DNA of 62,655 bases, filler included. It is 4 parts of 4 records of this genome, joined end to end, with 100 filler letters (N's around TTAATTAATTAA, not from the genome) between each part and the next. Parts side by side here need not be neighbours in the genome. Positions count along the whole stretch, not along the records: positions 1 to 12,280 come from SRR20825006_1311; 3 more parts are not named here. One strand, 5' to 3'. A model generated the notes under the pieces. It searched no databases. It was not told the origin of the DNA and saw only the letters and a program-made list of their open reading frames with translations. A program made the position numbers and the translations under genes. Of this stretch, positions 1 to 10,700 are shown in pieces; position 1 is the stretch's first letter, and each line of letters opens with the position of its first letter.

Positions 1-1
1 C

Positions 2-1318
2 TACATCAAGTTCATCCCCTATCCGGTGACGGTCGGTTTCACCGCAGGTATCGCGGTCATTATCTTTGCCAGCCAGATCAAGGAGCTGCTCGGCCTGGCA
101 CTGTCTGCGCCGGAACCGGGTCCGTTATTGGAAAAGCTGCCCGCACTCTGGTCCGATCTGCCAACCGCTGATCCGGTGACCATCGGCATGGCGGCGGCCA
201 CCATCGCCGCCATCGCCGGGCTGAAACATTTCCGGCCACACTGGCCCGGTATGCTGATCGCGGTCGCAGGTGCCGCACTGGCAACCACCCTGCTCGATCT
301 GCCGGTCGCGACCATAAGCTCCAGGTTCGGCGGCGTGCCCAGCAGCCTGCCCTTGCCGTCCCTGCCCTCTCTGGATCCGGCAAAGATCATCGCCGTTCTG
401 CCGAATGCGGTTGCCTTCGCCCTCCTCGGCTCCATCGAATCCCTGCTCTCCGCCGTCGTTGCCGACGGCATGACGGGACGGCGGCACCGCTCGAACTGCG
501 AGCTGGTGGCCCAGGGCATCGCCAATGTCGTATCGGGCCTGTTTTCCGGAATTTGCGTCACCGGTACCATCGCCCGGACGGCAACCAATGTCCGGGCGGG
601 CGCGCATGGCCCCATTGCCGGCATGTTGCATGCGCTGTTTCTGCTCGTCTTCATTCTGGTCGCCGCACCGCTCGCCGGATTCATACCGCTTGCCAGCCTC
701 GCAGGGGTACTCGCGCTGGTGGCCTGGAACATGGTCGAGAAGCACGCCTTCATTACCCTGATCCGGGCCTCGCGCGGCGATGCGGCCGTCCTGCTGGCAA
801 CCTTCCTGCTGACCATTTTCCGGGACCTGACGGAAGCCATCATCGTCGGCTTTGCGCTGGGTTCTGTCCTGTTCATTCACCGGATGTCAAAAACCACGGC
901 TGTCGAATCCCAGCGCCCCTACGTTGCGGAGGACGAAGCCGACTATTCGGACGGTCTTCGCACTCCATATGAAGAAGACGTCGAAAACGATCCGGAGATC
1001 GTGATCTACCGCATCTCCGGAGTGTTCTTTTTTGGCGCCGCCGCATCCATCGGCTCTGTTCTTGACCAGATCGCGGATACGCATCGGGCGCTGATTATCG
1101 ATTTCAGCGCCGTGCCCTTTGTCGACTCAACCGCAGCAAACACCATAGAGGTGCTCGCACAGAAAGCCGCACGGCGCGGCGTTTCCGTTTATCTGAGCGG
1201 CGCCATGCCGGACTCCCGCCGGGATCTCGTCACGCATGGTCTCCGTCCTCCACTGGTCCGTTATTCGGAGAACATCGAAAGCGCTGTGCTCGCAGCCAGG
1301 GCGGAAGAGCGCCGGTAA
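2..1318 (+). CDS. sulP: SulP/SLC26 family anion permease with C-terminal STAS domain (5'-truncated by window start)
   Basis: Frame is open from the window start (YIKFIPYPVTVGF); multiple TM helices; IESLLSAVVADGM and GTIARTATN motifs; STAS domain (GVFFFGAA, DFSAVPFVDST). Confidence 0.92.
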   Translation, partial: YIKFIPYPVTVGFTAGIAVIIFASQIKELLGLALSAPEPGPLLEKLPALWSDLPTADPVTIGMAAATIAAIAGLKHFRPHWPGMLIAVAGAALATTLLDLPVATISSRFGGVPSSLPLPSLPSLDPAKIIAVLPNAVAFALLGSIESLLSAVVADGMTGRRHRSNCELVAQGIANVVSGLFSGICVTGTIARTATNVRAGAHGPIAGMLHALFLLVFILVAAPLAGFIPLASLAGVLALVAWNMVEKHAFITLIRASRGDAAVLLATFLLTIFRDLTEAIIVGFALGSVLFIHRMSKTTAVESQRPYVAEDEADYSDGLRTPYEEDVENDPEIVIYRISGVFFFGAAASIGSVLDQIADTHRALIIDFSAVPFVDSTAANTIEVLAQKAARRGVSVYLSGAMPDSRRDLVTHGLRPPLVRYSENIESAVLAARAEERR

Positions 1319-1343
1319 GTGACGCTCCCCGTACCGGAAGCCG

Positions 1344-2150
1344 CTATAGCGATGCGGCAAACGTCATGATTTCGGCAGAAAACCTGTCCGGCCGCTCCGC
1401 CGGAATCAGATGGCCGGCATTGTCGAACACCACGTGGGATTTCTTCGCGATCCGTGACTCGAGCTCCGCAATATCCGCGTCGATGCGGAAAACCCGGTCA
1501 TGCTCTCCCGTCATCAGCAGAACGGGAATATCGAGCTTCTCGTAAGGGAAATCCCAGTCAGTACTGAGGGAGCCTTTCATCAGCTCGTACAGGCCGTCCC
1601 CATCCTTCATCGGCTGGTAATCCCCCTCTAAAAGGGTCGGCCGCATCTTCGCCAGCTGCTCCGGATTGACCAGCATCGGCAGATTGGCCTCCATGATGAG
1701 CTGTCCGCCGCCGGTCGCCGCCATCCGCACCATGGCGCTGTTGATCCATTCCAGCCTGAGGCTCGGCTTGCGCAGGGTGTTGATCAGCACCAGCCCTTCC
1801 GCCGCGGCGCCCTTGAGATAGGCCTGCGCGGCAAACAGGCCGCCGATGGAAAGGCCCGCAAGAATTGGCCGTGGCGGCGCCACATGATCGACGATCCGTT
1901 TCAGGTCATCGACGATGGTAACCGGACCGAGATCGGCATCCGGGCTAAAGGCACTATCCGCCTGTCCCCTGAAATTATAGGCCAGCGTTCCGTATCCCGC
2001 AGCGCGCAGAGCCGGGCCGATCGCATCCACCTGCCACATTCCGGTATTGCCGGTCAGCGCATTGACGAAAACGAACGTCTGCCCCGTCGCGCCCGGAGGC
2101 TGATACTCATAGTAGAGACTGTTCCCTGCGCTGATTTCCAGATTGGCCAT
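1344..2150 (-). CDS. Alpha/beta fold hydrolase
   Basis: GLSIGG nucleophile elbow, GEHD acid and AGH catalytic His; GAGGA RBS-like sequence upstream. Confidence 0.88.
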   Translation of the reverse strand: MANLEISAGNSLYYEYQPPGATGQTFVFVNALTGNTGMWQVDAIGPALRAAGYGTLAYNFRGQADSAFSPDADLGPVTIVDDLKRIVDHVAPPRPILAGLSIGGLFAAQAYLKGAAAEGLVLINTLRKPSLRLEWINSAMVRMAATGGGQLIMEANLPMLVNPEQLAKMRPTLLEGDYQPMKDGDGLYELMKGSLSTDWDFPYEKLDIPVLLMTGEHDRVFRIDADIAELESRIAKKSHVVFDNAGHLIPAERPDRFSAEIMTFAASL

Positions 2151-2307
2151 TTTTTCCTCCCATCCTCAATTTTTTAACGACTATAGGCTGAGAGTCCTGC
2201 CGCTGCCAGACAAGGCGTGGAGAAAGCCTCTTGCTGCACCGCACAAAATCGGAAAACATGTAAGCAATACTGACCTACTGCGTTCCCTTAATTGGCATCG
2301 GCCATTC

Positions 2308-3243
2308 ATGGAAATACTGATCGACATCGTGTTGCCGATTTTCGGCACGCTGTTCATTGCCTATATCGCGGCCCGGACAAAGCTCTTCTCCACGAAAGCG
2401 ACCGAAGGCCTTGCGACATTTGTTTTCACTTTCGCCGTCCCGTCCCTGCTGTTCGATAGCGTCAGCCGCCACCCCTTACCGGATCCGATCGAGTGGGAGC
2501 TGCTGATCTCTTTCTTCGGGACTGCCTATCTGATCTGGCTTGCAGGCATGCTGATCTCGCGCTGGCTGTTCAAACGGGATTTTGCGCATGCGTCCCTTGC
2601 CGGCATGACGGCGGGTTTCGGCAATACCATGCTCGGCCTGCCGCTGGTCCTCACCACCTTCGGAGAGGCAGGGTCGATCCCTATTTTCCTTATCATCGCC
2701 TTCCACTCCTGGCAGTTCTTCGCTCTCGCCACGGTCCTGCTGGAAGGCAGCCGGAGGCAGAATAGCACCCTCAAAGCCCTGCCATGGACTATCGCCAAGA
2801 GCCTTGCGACCAATCCCATTCTCGTCGGCCTCCTGCTCGGCCTGGCCTGTAACATCCTTGCCATTCCGGTGCCGGATCCAGTCGCGGACATTACCGGTTT
2901 CCTGGGGCGCGCGGCTTTGCCCTGCGCCGTTTTCGTGATGGGCGCATCACTGGCCAAATTCCGCATTACCGGCGCTATCGGGGAAGCCATTGCAGGCAGC
3001 CTGTTGAAGCTGATTGCCTTTCCGGCCCTGACCTATGTCGCGGCCACTTACATCTTCACCATGGAGCCGCTCTGGCGTGACGTTGCCGTGGTCATCGCGG
3101 CGCTCCCCGTCGGGATCAACGTCTATCTCTTTGCCGACCGATATGAGGCCGGCGCACCAGCGGCGGCAACATCCATGCTGCTGTCGACCTTTCTCTCATT
3201 CGGCACCATTGCGACCGTGCTGACCCTTCTGGAAGTCCGATAG
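2308..3243 (+). CDS. AEC (auxin efflux carrier/malate permease) family transporter, copy 1
   Basis: About 10 TM; start placed at MEILIDIVLP by homology to the paralog at 4699; FGNT and ALPVGIN motifs. Confidence 0.88.
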   Translation: MEILIDIVLPIFGTLFIAYIAARTKLFSTKATEGLATFVFTFAVPSLLFDSVSRHPLPDPIEWELLISFFGTAYLIWLAGMLISRWLFKRDFAHASLAGMTAGFGNTMLGLPLVLTTFGEAGSIPIFLIIAFHSWQFFALATVLLEGSRRQNSTLKALPWTIAKSLATNPILVGLLLGLACNILAIPVPDPVADITGFLGRAALPCAVFVMGASLAKFRITGAIGEAIAGSLLKLIAFPALTYVAATYIFTMEPLWRDVAVVIAALPVGINVYLFADRYEAGAPAAATSMLLSTFLSFGTIATVLTLLEVR

Positions 3244-3261
3244 GCTGCCAGCCCGCAACCA

Positions 3262-4623
3262 TCAGCGCCGCCAGGGCCCCAGCCTGAGGGCAAGAGCGTT
3301 GAAGACGCCATAGGTTGCCATCGCCCCGGCCACAAGCAGGAAGACCGTGTTTTCGTCCGTCTCGGCTTGGTCCAGCAGCAACACGCCGCCGCCAAGCAAG
3401 ACTGCCAGCCGAAGGCCGGCGCCGGTAACCGGCAAAATCAGCGTGTTCATTGCCTGGCTGGAGAAATAAAGGCACAGGCCTAACCCGAAGAAGGTGTAGG
3501 CCGGCCCAACGAAACGCAGATAACGCGCGGTCGTGGCCGCGATTTCCGCATCCTCCGTGAACAACCCGCTCCAGAGCCACGGCGCAAGTGCCAGAACGGT
3601 GCCGATCAGCCCGACGGACAGGGCGGCAAACCAACTCCCCGTCCAGCTCACCCGCAAGGCCCGCGCACGCAAACCCGCACCAACACTGGCACCCGCCATG
3701 GCGATACTCGCGCTGCCGAAGGCAAAGATGATCGGAATGATGACAAGCTCCAGCCTAACCCCGATGCCGTAACCAGCAAGGGATTGCGGTCCGATCCGCG
3801 CCATATACCCGGTCACCACCATCGCCATCGCGATGGTCAGCACCGACTGAATGCTCGCAAATGCCCCCCGGCGGCCGACAGTGGAAACCTGCTGCCAGCG
3901 AATTGGTCCCGCAAGCTGGACCCAGTCCGGTCTGTTGATGCGAAACAGATAGGCCGCGAGATACAGGCTGCCAGCGCCGTAACCGATCAGGATAGACAGT
4001 GCCGCCCCCTCGATCCCCATGGAAGGGAACGGCCCGATGCCAACGACCAGCAGCGATGCGGCGAGGAGATGCATCGAAACGGAGACGCCGAGCCCTAAAG
4101 CCGGCCGCAGCATGTCTCCGGATCCCCGCAGAAGGCTGGCCAGCATGTTGAAAAGCCAGACAACTATAATTCCCGGGAACAGCACTGCCGCATAGTCGAT
4201 TGCAGTTTGCAGAACAGTCCCGCTGCCCCCGAGCATGCGGAACAGCCCCGGCCCGAAGAGCCAGATGAACGCGGCACTGAACGCCCCGCCAAAGACAGCG
4301 AGTATCAGTGCGGTCCGAACCAGAGCCCCCGCAGCATCATGATCCTTCGCACCAAGCGCCCGCGCCGTTGCGGCGACCACGGCGCCCCCCATCGCCCCGG
4401 CGGAAAACATCACAGAAAGCGCAAAGAGCGGAAAGACCAAAGCGACACCGGCGAGTGCCAGCGGGCCGAGCCCACCGACGAACCAGCCGTCCGCAACGTA
4501 AAGGATGGATTGCATCAGCCCCCCCAGCAGTCCGGGAGCCGCCAGGCGCGCGATCCGGCTGGCGATCGGCCCCTCCAGAAAGGGATGGGGTGCTGCGCCT
4601 GTCATGGCTGTCTTGGCTGTCAT
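3262..4623 (-). CDS. MATE family efflux transporter
   Basis: LEGPIASRIARLAAP N-terminus, D-x-x-FVG, LRGSGD and GIEGAA motifs, about 12 TM; start trimmed to MTAKTAM because the longer ORF overlaps the AEC gene. Confidence 0.87.
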   Translation of the reverse strand: MTAKTAMTGAAPHPFLEGPIASRIARLAAPGLLGGLMQSILYVADGWFVGGLGPLALAGVALVFPLFALSVMFSAGAMGGAVVAATARALGAKDHDAAGALVRTALILAVFGGAFSAAFIWLFGPGLFRMLGGSGTVLQTAIDYAAVLFPGIIVVWLFNMLASLLRGSGDMLRPALGLGVSVSMHLLAASLLVVGIGPFPSMGIEGAALSILIGYGAGSLYLAAYLFRINRPDWVQLAGPIRWQQVSTVGRRGAFASIQSVLTIAMAMVVTGYMARIGPQSLAGYGIGVRLELVIIPIIFAFGSASIAMAGASVGAGLRARALRVSWTGSWFAALSVGLIGTVLALAPWLWSGLFTEDAEIAATTARYLRFVGPAYTFFGLGLCLYFSSQAMNTLILPVTGAGLRLAVLLGGGVLLLDQAETDENTVFLLVAGAMATYGVFNALALRLGPWRR

Positions 4624-4698
4624 GTAAAAGCTTTTTCCGCTATCGAGGGTATGGTCATCGACCACCTCACCTGCGTGTTTTCCCGAACCGGACTTTCC

Positions 4699-5637
4699 AT
4701 GGAAATCCTGATCGACATCATCCTGCCGGTTTTCGGTACTGTCTTCATCGCGTACTTCGCTACCCGTTTCAGGTTGTTTCCGGCGGATGCCGTCGACGGT
4801 CTTTCCAAGTTCGTCTTCAACTTCGCCATTCCGCCAATGCTGTTTCACACCATGTCGCGCCAGACACTTCCGGATCCGATTGAATGGGAGTTTCTGATCT
4901 CCTTTTTCGGCGGCGGATATATCGTCTGGATACTCGGTATGCTGGTGTCATTGTGGTATTTCCGCCGCGACTTCGCTCATGCTTCGTTGGCAGGGATGAC
5001 TGGCGCCTTCGGCAATACGGTTCTGCTTGGCATTCCGCTGATTCTGACCACCTTCGGAGAAGCCGGAACCCTGCCGGTCTTTTTGATTATCGCGTTCCAT
5101 TCCTGGCAATGGTTCGGTGTCGTCACGATTCTGGTGGAGGGCGGACGCGGCCAGAAAGGCGCTTTGCTCAGTATTCCGTGGGCCATCATCAAGAGCCTCG
5201 TCACCAACCCAATTCTGATCGGGCTTTTTGCGGGGCTCGCCTGGAACGGTTTCGACCTGCCGCTGCCTCAGCCCGTCGTCGACATCACGGAGTTTCTTGG
5301 CCGTGCGGCCTTGCCCTGTGCGGTTTTCGCCATGGGCGCATCCCTCGCCCAGTACCGGATATCCGGAGCAATCTGGGAGGCTCTTGCCGGCAGCGCCCTG
5401 AAGCTCATCGCCTTCCCGGCCATTACCTATGTGATCGCGACCCATATCTTCGATATCGCCCCGCTGTGGCGCGATATCGCCGTGATCATGGCCGCCTTGC
5501 CCGTTGGGGTGAATGTCTATCTGTTCGCCGATCGTTACAAAGCGGGCGCCCCGGCCGCCGCGACATCAATGCTGATCTCCACATTTCTGTCTTTTGGCAC
5601 TATCGGAGTCCTCTTGCATTTCCTCGGCGTCCGGTAG
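4699..5637 (+). CDS. AEC family transporter, copy 2
   Basis: Clearly paralogous to 2308-3243 along its full length (MEILIDII..., LPDPIEWE, FLGRAALPCAVF). Confidence 0.88.
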   Translation: MEILIDIILPVFGTVFIAYFATRFRLFPADAVDGLSKFVFNFAIPPMLFHTMSRQTLPDPIEWEFLISFFGGGYIVWILGMLVSLWYFRRDFAHASLAGMTGAFGNTVLLGIPLILTTFGEAGTLPVFLIIAFHSWQWFGVVTILVEGGRGQKGALLSIPWAIIKSLVTNPILIGLFAGLAWNGFDLPLPQPVVDITEFLGRAALPCAVFAMGASLAQYRISGAIWEALAGSALKLIAFPAITYVIATHIFDIAPLWRDIAVIMAALPVGVNVYLFADRYKAGAPAAATSMLISTFLSFGTIGVLLHFLGVR

Positions 5638-5721
5638 CCCCATATCATAAATGCCTGGCGCATTGCCGAACTGTGCTGGCGGCTGTACTGGCGAACGTAA
5701 AAACCTGATGGGGCGGAACAG

Positions 5722-7116
5722 GTGCGGAAACTTACCAGACGGAATGTGCTCACGGCCTTGGGCGCCACAGGCATTGCCGGGACGCTCCCTGCACAATCGG
5801 GACTTGCGGCACCCGCACCGAAGATACGCCTCGAGGCACGGCCTGGAACAGCGCGTCTGGCGCCGAAGGAATACAAGCCGACTCCAGTCTGGGGATATGA
5901 TGGCGGTGTCCCCGGGCCAATAATCCGTGTCCGGCAGGGCGAACGCATCGACCGTGTCTTCCTGAACAATCTGCCGCAGGAGTCCACGATCCACTGGCAT
6001 GGCATCAGGATCGACAATGCCATGGACGGGGTCCCCGGACTGACCCAGGCCGCCGTCCCGTCTGGCAGGACTTTCGATTACGGTTTCACGCCGCCGGATG
6101 CAGGCACCTACTGGTATCATCCGCACAACCGGACTTGGGAACAACTTGCACGCGGTTTGTATGGCACCCTGATCGTCGAAGAAACCAACGCGCCTGACGT
6201 GGACCGGGACGAGGTCCTGATAATCGATGACTGGCGGCTGACCGAAACGGCGCAGATAGCCGAGGATTTCGGTGCCATGCACGACTGGTCCCATGGCGGA
6301 CGCATCGGTAACTGGATCACGGTCAATGGCGACGGCTACTGGACATCCGACGCGCGGCAGAATGACCGGCTGCGTCTGCGCCTCGTTAATGCATCGAATG
6401 CACGGATCTACAACCTCAGTCTGAAAGGGCTTTCCGGCTGGGTTGTTGCACTGGACGGACAGCCACTTTCAATGCCTGTGCCGGCAGAAAAACTTGTACT
6501 TGCCCCGGCACAACGTGCCGATCTCATTGTAGATGTTACGGCAAACACAGGTACGGAAGCCTCCCTCCTCTCTCATGAGCGGGGCGGTAGCTATGCCGTT
6601 GCCGTATTCCGTGTCAGTCAGGCCGTGGCAGAGCGTCGGGCTGATCGCCCCGCGCCATTGCCGGCCAATCCTCTCACCGAAATAGGCCCCCTCGCGGAGA
6701 CACGCCCTGTCGACCTCATCATGGAGGGTGGCGCCATGGGCCGGATGCGCGGCGCGATGATGAACGGGAAGGATACCGACATCCGCACCCTGATCAGCCA
6801 GGGCAAGGCCTGGGCCTTCAATGGGCAGGCGGATATGACGGACACGCCACTGCTTTCAGCTCGAACCGGGCAGACCGTGCGCATTCGTATGAGCAACCAG
6901 TCCCGCTGGCCTCATGCCATGCATCTGCACGGTCATCATTTTCGGCAAATGCTCCCGGAAGAGCAGATGGGGCCACTACGGGACACGCTTCTGATGCAGC
7001 CTGGCGAGATTTCGGAGATCGCCTTCGTTGCCGACAATCCCGGCGACTGGTTACTGCATTGCCATATGGTGGAGCATGCGGCGGCAGGCATGATGACCTG
7101 GCTGAAAGTCACCTGA
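5722..7116 (+). CDS. Tat-exported three-domain multicopper oxidase
   Basis: TRRNVL twin-arginine signal; HWHG, WYHPH, HAMHLHGHHF and HCHMVEHAAAGM copper motifs; Met-rich loop. Confidence 0.93.
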   Translation: MRKLTRRNVLTALGATGIAGTLPAQSGLAAPAPKIRLEARPGTARLAPKEYKPTPVWGYDGGVPGPIIRVRQGERIDRVFLNNLPQESTIHWHGIRIDNAMDGVPGLTQAAVPSGRTFDYGFTPPDAGTYWYHPHNRTWEQLARGLYGTLIVEETNAPDVDRDEVLIIDDWRLTETAQIAEDFGAMHDWSHGGRIGNWITVNGDGYWTSDARQNDRLRLRLVNASNARIYNLSLKGLSGWVVALDGQPLSMPVPAEKLVLAPAQRADLIVDVTANTGTEASLLSHERGGSYAVAVFRVSQAVAERRADRPAPLPANPLTEIGPLAETRPVDLIMEGGAMGRMRGAMMNGKDTDIRTLISQGKAWAFNGQADMTDTPLLSARTGQTVRIRMSNQSRWPHAMHLHGHHFRQMLPEEQMGPLRDTLLMQPGEISEIAFVADNPGDWLLHCHMVEHAAAGMMTWLKVT

Positions 7117-7228
7117 TCAAATCATCGCTCATATTGGCTTTGCTTTATGCTCACGTCTGTTCCTCTGCGCCTTACGGCGCTAGTGTTCGGGCTGATGCAA
7201 GGCGGAATAGCCAATCGGGAGGAATAGC

Positions 7229-8026
7229 ATGTCTGTCGCGGAAGAATTAGAGGCCAGGCTTGTTCTGCGCGAGGACCGTGACGGGATCGCACGCCTCACT
7301 CTGAACAGGCCTAAAGCCTACAATGCGCTCTCGCTTGGCCTGATGGCGGCTCTCCAGTCCGAGCTGGAGAAAATCGCGACAGACCAGGCGGTGAAAGCCG
7401 TGGTGATCGAAGGCGCCGGCAAGGGATTTTGTGCCGGGCACGATCTGCGTGAGATGCGTTCACGCACGGACGAAGCCTTCCATCAGATGGTGTTCGCCGC
7501 CTGCTCGAAGCTGATGTTGACCGTCACCGACCTGCCGCAGCCGGTGATCGCCAAGGTACACGGTATCGCGACAGCCGCCGGGTGCCAGCTGGTTGCCACA
7601 GCCGATCTCGCCATTGCCGCGGACAGCACCCGCTTCGGCACACCGGGCGTCAATATCGGCCTGTTCTGCTCGACCCCGATGGTCGCCGTCTCCCGCGCCA
7701 TCCCGCGCAAGCAGGTGATGGAGATGCTGCTGACCGGCGAGATGATCGATGCCGGGACCGCCGTTACGCATGGCCTGATCAATCGCACGGTTCCGGAGAT
7801 CGCGCTGGAAGATGCCGTGCAGGAGATGGCCGGCAAGATTGCCTCGAAATCTCCGCTTGTGCTGAAAACCGGAAAGAAAGCCTTTTACCGGCAGCTCGAA
7901 ATGCCGCTCGCCGAGGCCTACGCCTATACCAGCCAGGTGATGGTCGAAAACATGCAGGCCCGCGATGCAGCGGAAGGGATCGACGCCTTCATCGAAAAGC
8001 GCGCGCCCGAATGGAAGGGAGAATAA
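7229..8026 (+). CDS. Enoyl-CoA hydratase/crotonase family protein
   Basis: FCAGHDL, ATAAGCQL and PGVNIGLFC motifs; GGAGG RBS. Confidence 0.92.
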   Translation: MSVAEELEARLVLREDRDGIARLTLNRPKAYNALSLGLMAALQSELEKIATDQAVKAVVIEGAGKGFCAGHDLREMRSRTDEAFHQMVFAACSKLMLTVTDLPQPVIAKVHGIATAAGCQLVATADLAIAADSTRFGTPGVNIGLFCSTPMVAVSRAIPRKQVMEMLLTGEMIDAGTAVTHGLINRTVPEIALEDAVQEMAGKIASKSPLVLKTGKKAFYRQLEMPLAEAYAYTSQVMVENMQARDAAEGIDAFIEKRAPEWKGE

Positions 8027-8028
8027 TT

Positions 8029-9855
8029 ATGGCCGAGAATGAGGCATCGCACCGGATCAACCACGAGAATTATCCGGACAGCTACATCAAGGAGATTCTC
8101 TCCTCCGTCCACACTATTGCCGTTGTCGGAGCCAGCAATAAATGGACCCGGCCGAGCTATTTCATGGCGAAATACCTGCAGGGAAAAGGCTATCGGATTG
8201 TTCCGGTCAACCCCGGTCTCGCTGGCCAGGAAATCCTGGGTGAGCTGGTCTACGCCTCCCTGAAGGAAGTCCCGTTCAAGATTGATATGGTTGATATTTT
8301 CCGTAATTCTGAGGCCGCCGGCCCGATCGCGGAAGAAGCCGTCGAAATCGGCGCCGATGTGGTCTGGATGCAGCTCGGCGTGCGTCATGAGGAAGGTGCG
8401 GAGAAAGCGGAAAAAGCCGGTTTGAAAGTGGTGATGAACCGCTGCCCGAAGATCGAATTCTCCCGGCTTTATGGCGAGCTTTCCTGGCATGGCTTCAACA
8501 GCAAGGTGATTTCGTCAAAACGCCGCGCGGTTGGCAGAGCCGGGAACACGAAACAGGATACCGGAGAGGACAAACAGCCGAAGGGCGGTGCCGGGTTCGA
8601 GACCCGCGCCATTCATGCCGGTGCCGCACCGGACCCGACCACGGGCGCTCGCTCCACCCCTATCTACCAGACCACGGCCTATGTCTTCGAGGATGCGGAT
8701 CACGCCGCCTCTCTGTTCAACTTGCAGACCTTCGGCAATATCTACGGGCGTCTGTCAAACCCGACGACGGCAGTGCTGGAAGAACGGATTGCCAGCCTGG
8801 AAGGCGGCCGGGGCACGACCTGTACCGCATCAGGCCATTCGGCCCAGATGCTCGCCTTGTTCCCGTTGATGCAACCGGGAGACCTAATCGCCGCCTCCAC
8901 CCGACTTTATGGCGGCTCGATCACCCAGTTCGGCAAGACCTTCAAGAAATTCGGCTGGGACTGCGCGTTCGTCGACATGGACGATATGGACGCGGTACGG
9001 GCTGCTGCCGCCAACCCGGCCTGCAAGGCGCTCTTCGCGGAATCCCTCGCCAACCCGGGCGGTGTCATCAGCGACATCGCGGCGCTTGCCGCAATCGCAC
9101 ATGATGCGGGCGTGCCGCTGATCATCGACAATACGATGGCAACACCCTATCTCTGCCGTCCGTTCGAGCATGGCGCCGATCTTATCGTACATTCGACCAC
9201 CAAATTTCTCTCCGGCCACGGCAATGCCATGGGAGGAGCGGTTGTCGATTCCGGAAAATTCGACTGGGGGCAGAACGACAAATTCCCCTCTCTCGTCGAG
9301 CCGGAGCCCGCCTATCATGGCATCCCCTTCTGGGAGAGCTTCGGCGACCTGGCCTTCACCACCTACGGCCATGCCGTGGGGCTGCGCGATCTCGGGCCGA
9401 CCATGGCGCCGATGAATGCCTATCTCACCATCACCGGTATCGAGACCCTGCCGCTACGGATGGAGCGACACGTTGCCAACGCGGCCAAGGTCGCGGCCTA
9501 TCTGGAGCAGCATCCTGCCGTGTCCTGGGTTTCCTACGCGGGCCTCAAGAGCAGCCCCTACCATGCCCTCGCAAAAAAATACCTGCCCGGCGGTGCCGGC
9601 TCCGTCTTCACGTTCGGCGTGAAAGGCGGCTACGAGACCGGTACGCGCATCGTCGAGCGAGTCGAGCTGCTCAGCCATCTTGCCAATATCGGCGACACCC
9701 GCTCCCTGATCCTGCACCCGGCCTCAACGACACACAGGCAGTTGACGGAAGAACAGCGCATGGCTGCCGGTGCCGGAGACGACGTCATGCGCATTTCCAT
9801 CGGCCTGGAAACCGCCGACGACATTATCGCCGATCTGGATCAAGCGCTCCAATAG
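8029..9855 (+). CDS. metY: Fusion of a YccU-like CoA-binding domain with O-acetylhomoserine aminocarboxypropyltransferase (sulfhydrylase)
   Basis: N-domain IAVVGAS...DMVDIFR...VWMQLG...[10 protein letters not shown]-domain [32 protein letters not shown] (PLP Lys), LANIGD; start at ATG 8029, just after the hydratase stop. Confidence 0.9.
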   Translation: MAENEASHRINHENYPDSYIKEILSSVHTIAVVGASNKWTRPSYFMAKYLQGKGYRIVPVNPGLAGQEILGELVYASLKEVPFKIDMVDIFRNSEAAGPIAEEAVEIGADVVWMQLGVRHEEGAEKAEKAGLKVVMNRCPKIEFSRLYGELSWHGFNSKVISSKRRAVGRAGNTKQDTGEDKQPKGGAGFETRAIHAGAAPDPTTGARSTPIYQTTAYVFEDADHAASLFNLQTFGNIYGRLSNPTTAVLEERIASLEGGRGTTCTASGHSAQMLALFPLMQPGDLIAASTRLYGGSITQFGKTFKKFGWDCAFVDMDDMDAVRAAAANPACKALFAESLANPGGVISDIAALAAIAHDAGVPLIIDNTMATPYLCRPFEHGADLIVHSTTKFLSGHGNAMGGAVVDSGKFDWGQNDKFPSLVEPEPAYHGIPFWESFGDLAFTTYGHAVGLRDLGPTMAPMNAYLTITGIETLPLRMERHVANAAKVAAYLEQHPAVSWVSYAGLKSSPYHALAKKYLPGGAGSVFTFGVKGGYETGTRIVERVELLSHLANIGDTRSLILHPASTTHRQLTEEQRMAAGAGDDVMRISIGLETADDIIADLDQALQ

Positions 9856-9926
9856 AGTTAACAATACCATTGTATTCAGGCGTGGTGATCGAACCACGTT
9901 CAATTGTTATTCGGGAGTCGCTTGCT

Positions 9927-10448
9927 ATGAGCGATGATCAATCGAGCCTGCATTCTGTTTCTCTTCAGGAACCCCGAACACTGGAACCTGTTACGCAGGC
10001 GGCTGATTTGCACCATCCCGAACTGCGCGCGCTTTACGAGTTCTGGCACATGAAAGCCCAAGGTCATCTCGCACCCGCGAGAAAAAATATTGACGTTCTG
10101 GAGCTCAAAAGGTGGCTTCCAAATATACAACTTGTTGATGTCATTGGAAATTGCATCGACATTCGGTACCGCGTTATCGGCACCTGGATCGTTGAGCGAT
10201 TCGGTGCGGACGACACGGGAAAAACAATCATGGAAATCGGTGAGACCGATCACTCCAGAGAAGTCCGAAAAGAGTTTTTGACGCCGGCAAAAACCATGAA
10301 ACCCCATAGAATTATCAGGCCTTTTTACGACATCAACGGAGCCAAGGAATTCTCTTCCGCCGAAAGGCTCATGTTGCCTCTGAGTGCGAATGGCCATACT
10401 TGTGACAAGGTAATTTCGGGACTGTATTATCTCGACGCAAAGACCTGA
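9927..10448 (+). CDS. Stand-alone PAS domain protein (PAS_5/DUF1457-like)
   Basis: L-Y-x-x-W, P-x-R, WLP, RYRVIGT, D-x-TG and ERLMLPLS motifs; GGGAG RBS before ATG 9927. Confidence 0.75.
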   Translation: MSDDQSSLHSVSLQEPRTLEPVTQAADLHHPELRALYEFWHMKAQGHLAPARKNIDVLELKRWLPNIQLVDVIGNCIDIRYRVIGTWIVERFGADDTGKTIMEIGETDHSREVRKEFLTPAKTMKPHRIIRPFYDINGAKEFSSAERLMLPLSANGHTCDKVISGLYYLDAKT

Positions 10449-10700
10449 TAGGCACGCTTCCTCCGTATTCCGCGCATTAATATTTTCACCCCCTCTCGCC
10501 AGGACCATCCCGATTACGCATGGCAGCCATGAAATCGGATATTTCGCACATGCGAAGGTTGACCAGTCACGGAATCTGACCAATATGCGCCGCCATCGCT
10601 GGGGGAGATCTCCAAGAGAACTTCCACGTAAACAGCGAGCGGGCAGCAACGCACAAGAAAATGCGACGGCTCTCGTATCGGCAGCGTTGATGAACACGCT

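Noticed and set aside
4207-4698. Long N-terminal extensions of the AEC and MATE ORFs (also 2143-2307 and 4624-4848)
   Set aside because: Antisense shadows of neighbouring genes; paralog alignment fixes the AEC starts
5722-7116. Multicopper oxidase as part of the copA-cueR system
   Set aside because: It lies on a different contig from a different organism
7582-8028. 149-aa N-terminal extension of the 757-aa ORF
   Set aside because: Out-of-frame overlap with the enoyl-CoA hydratase; the real start is ATG 8029
10449-10700. Possible ncRNA between the PAS genes
   Set aside because: No recognisable family motif, strong hairpin or terminator by eye
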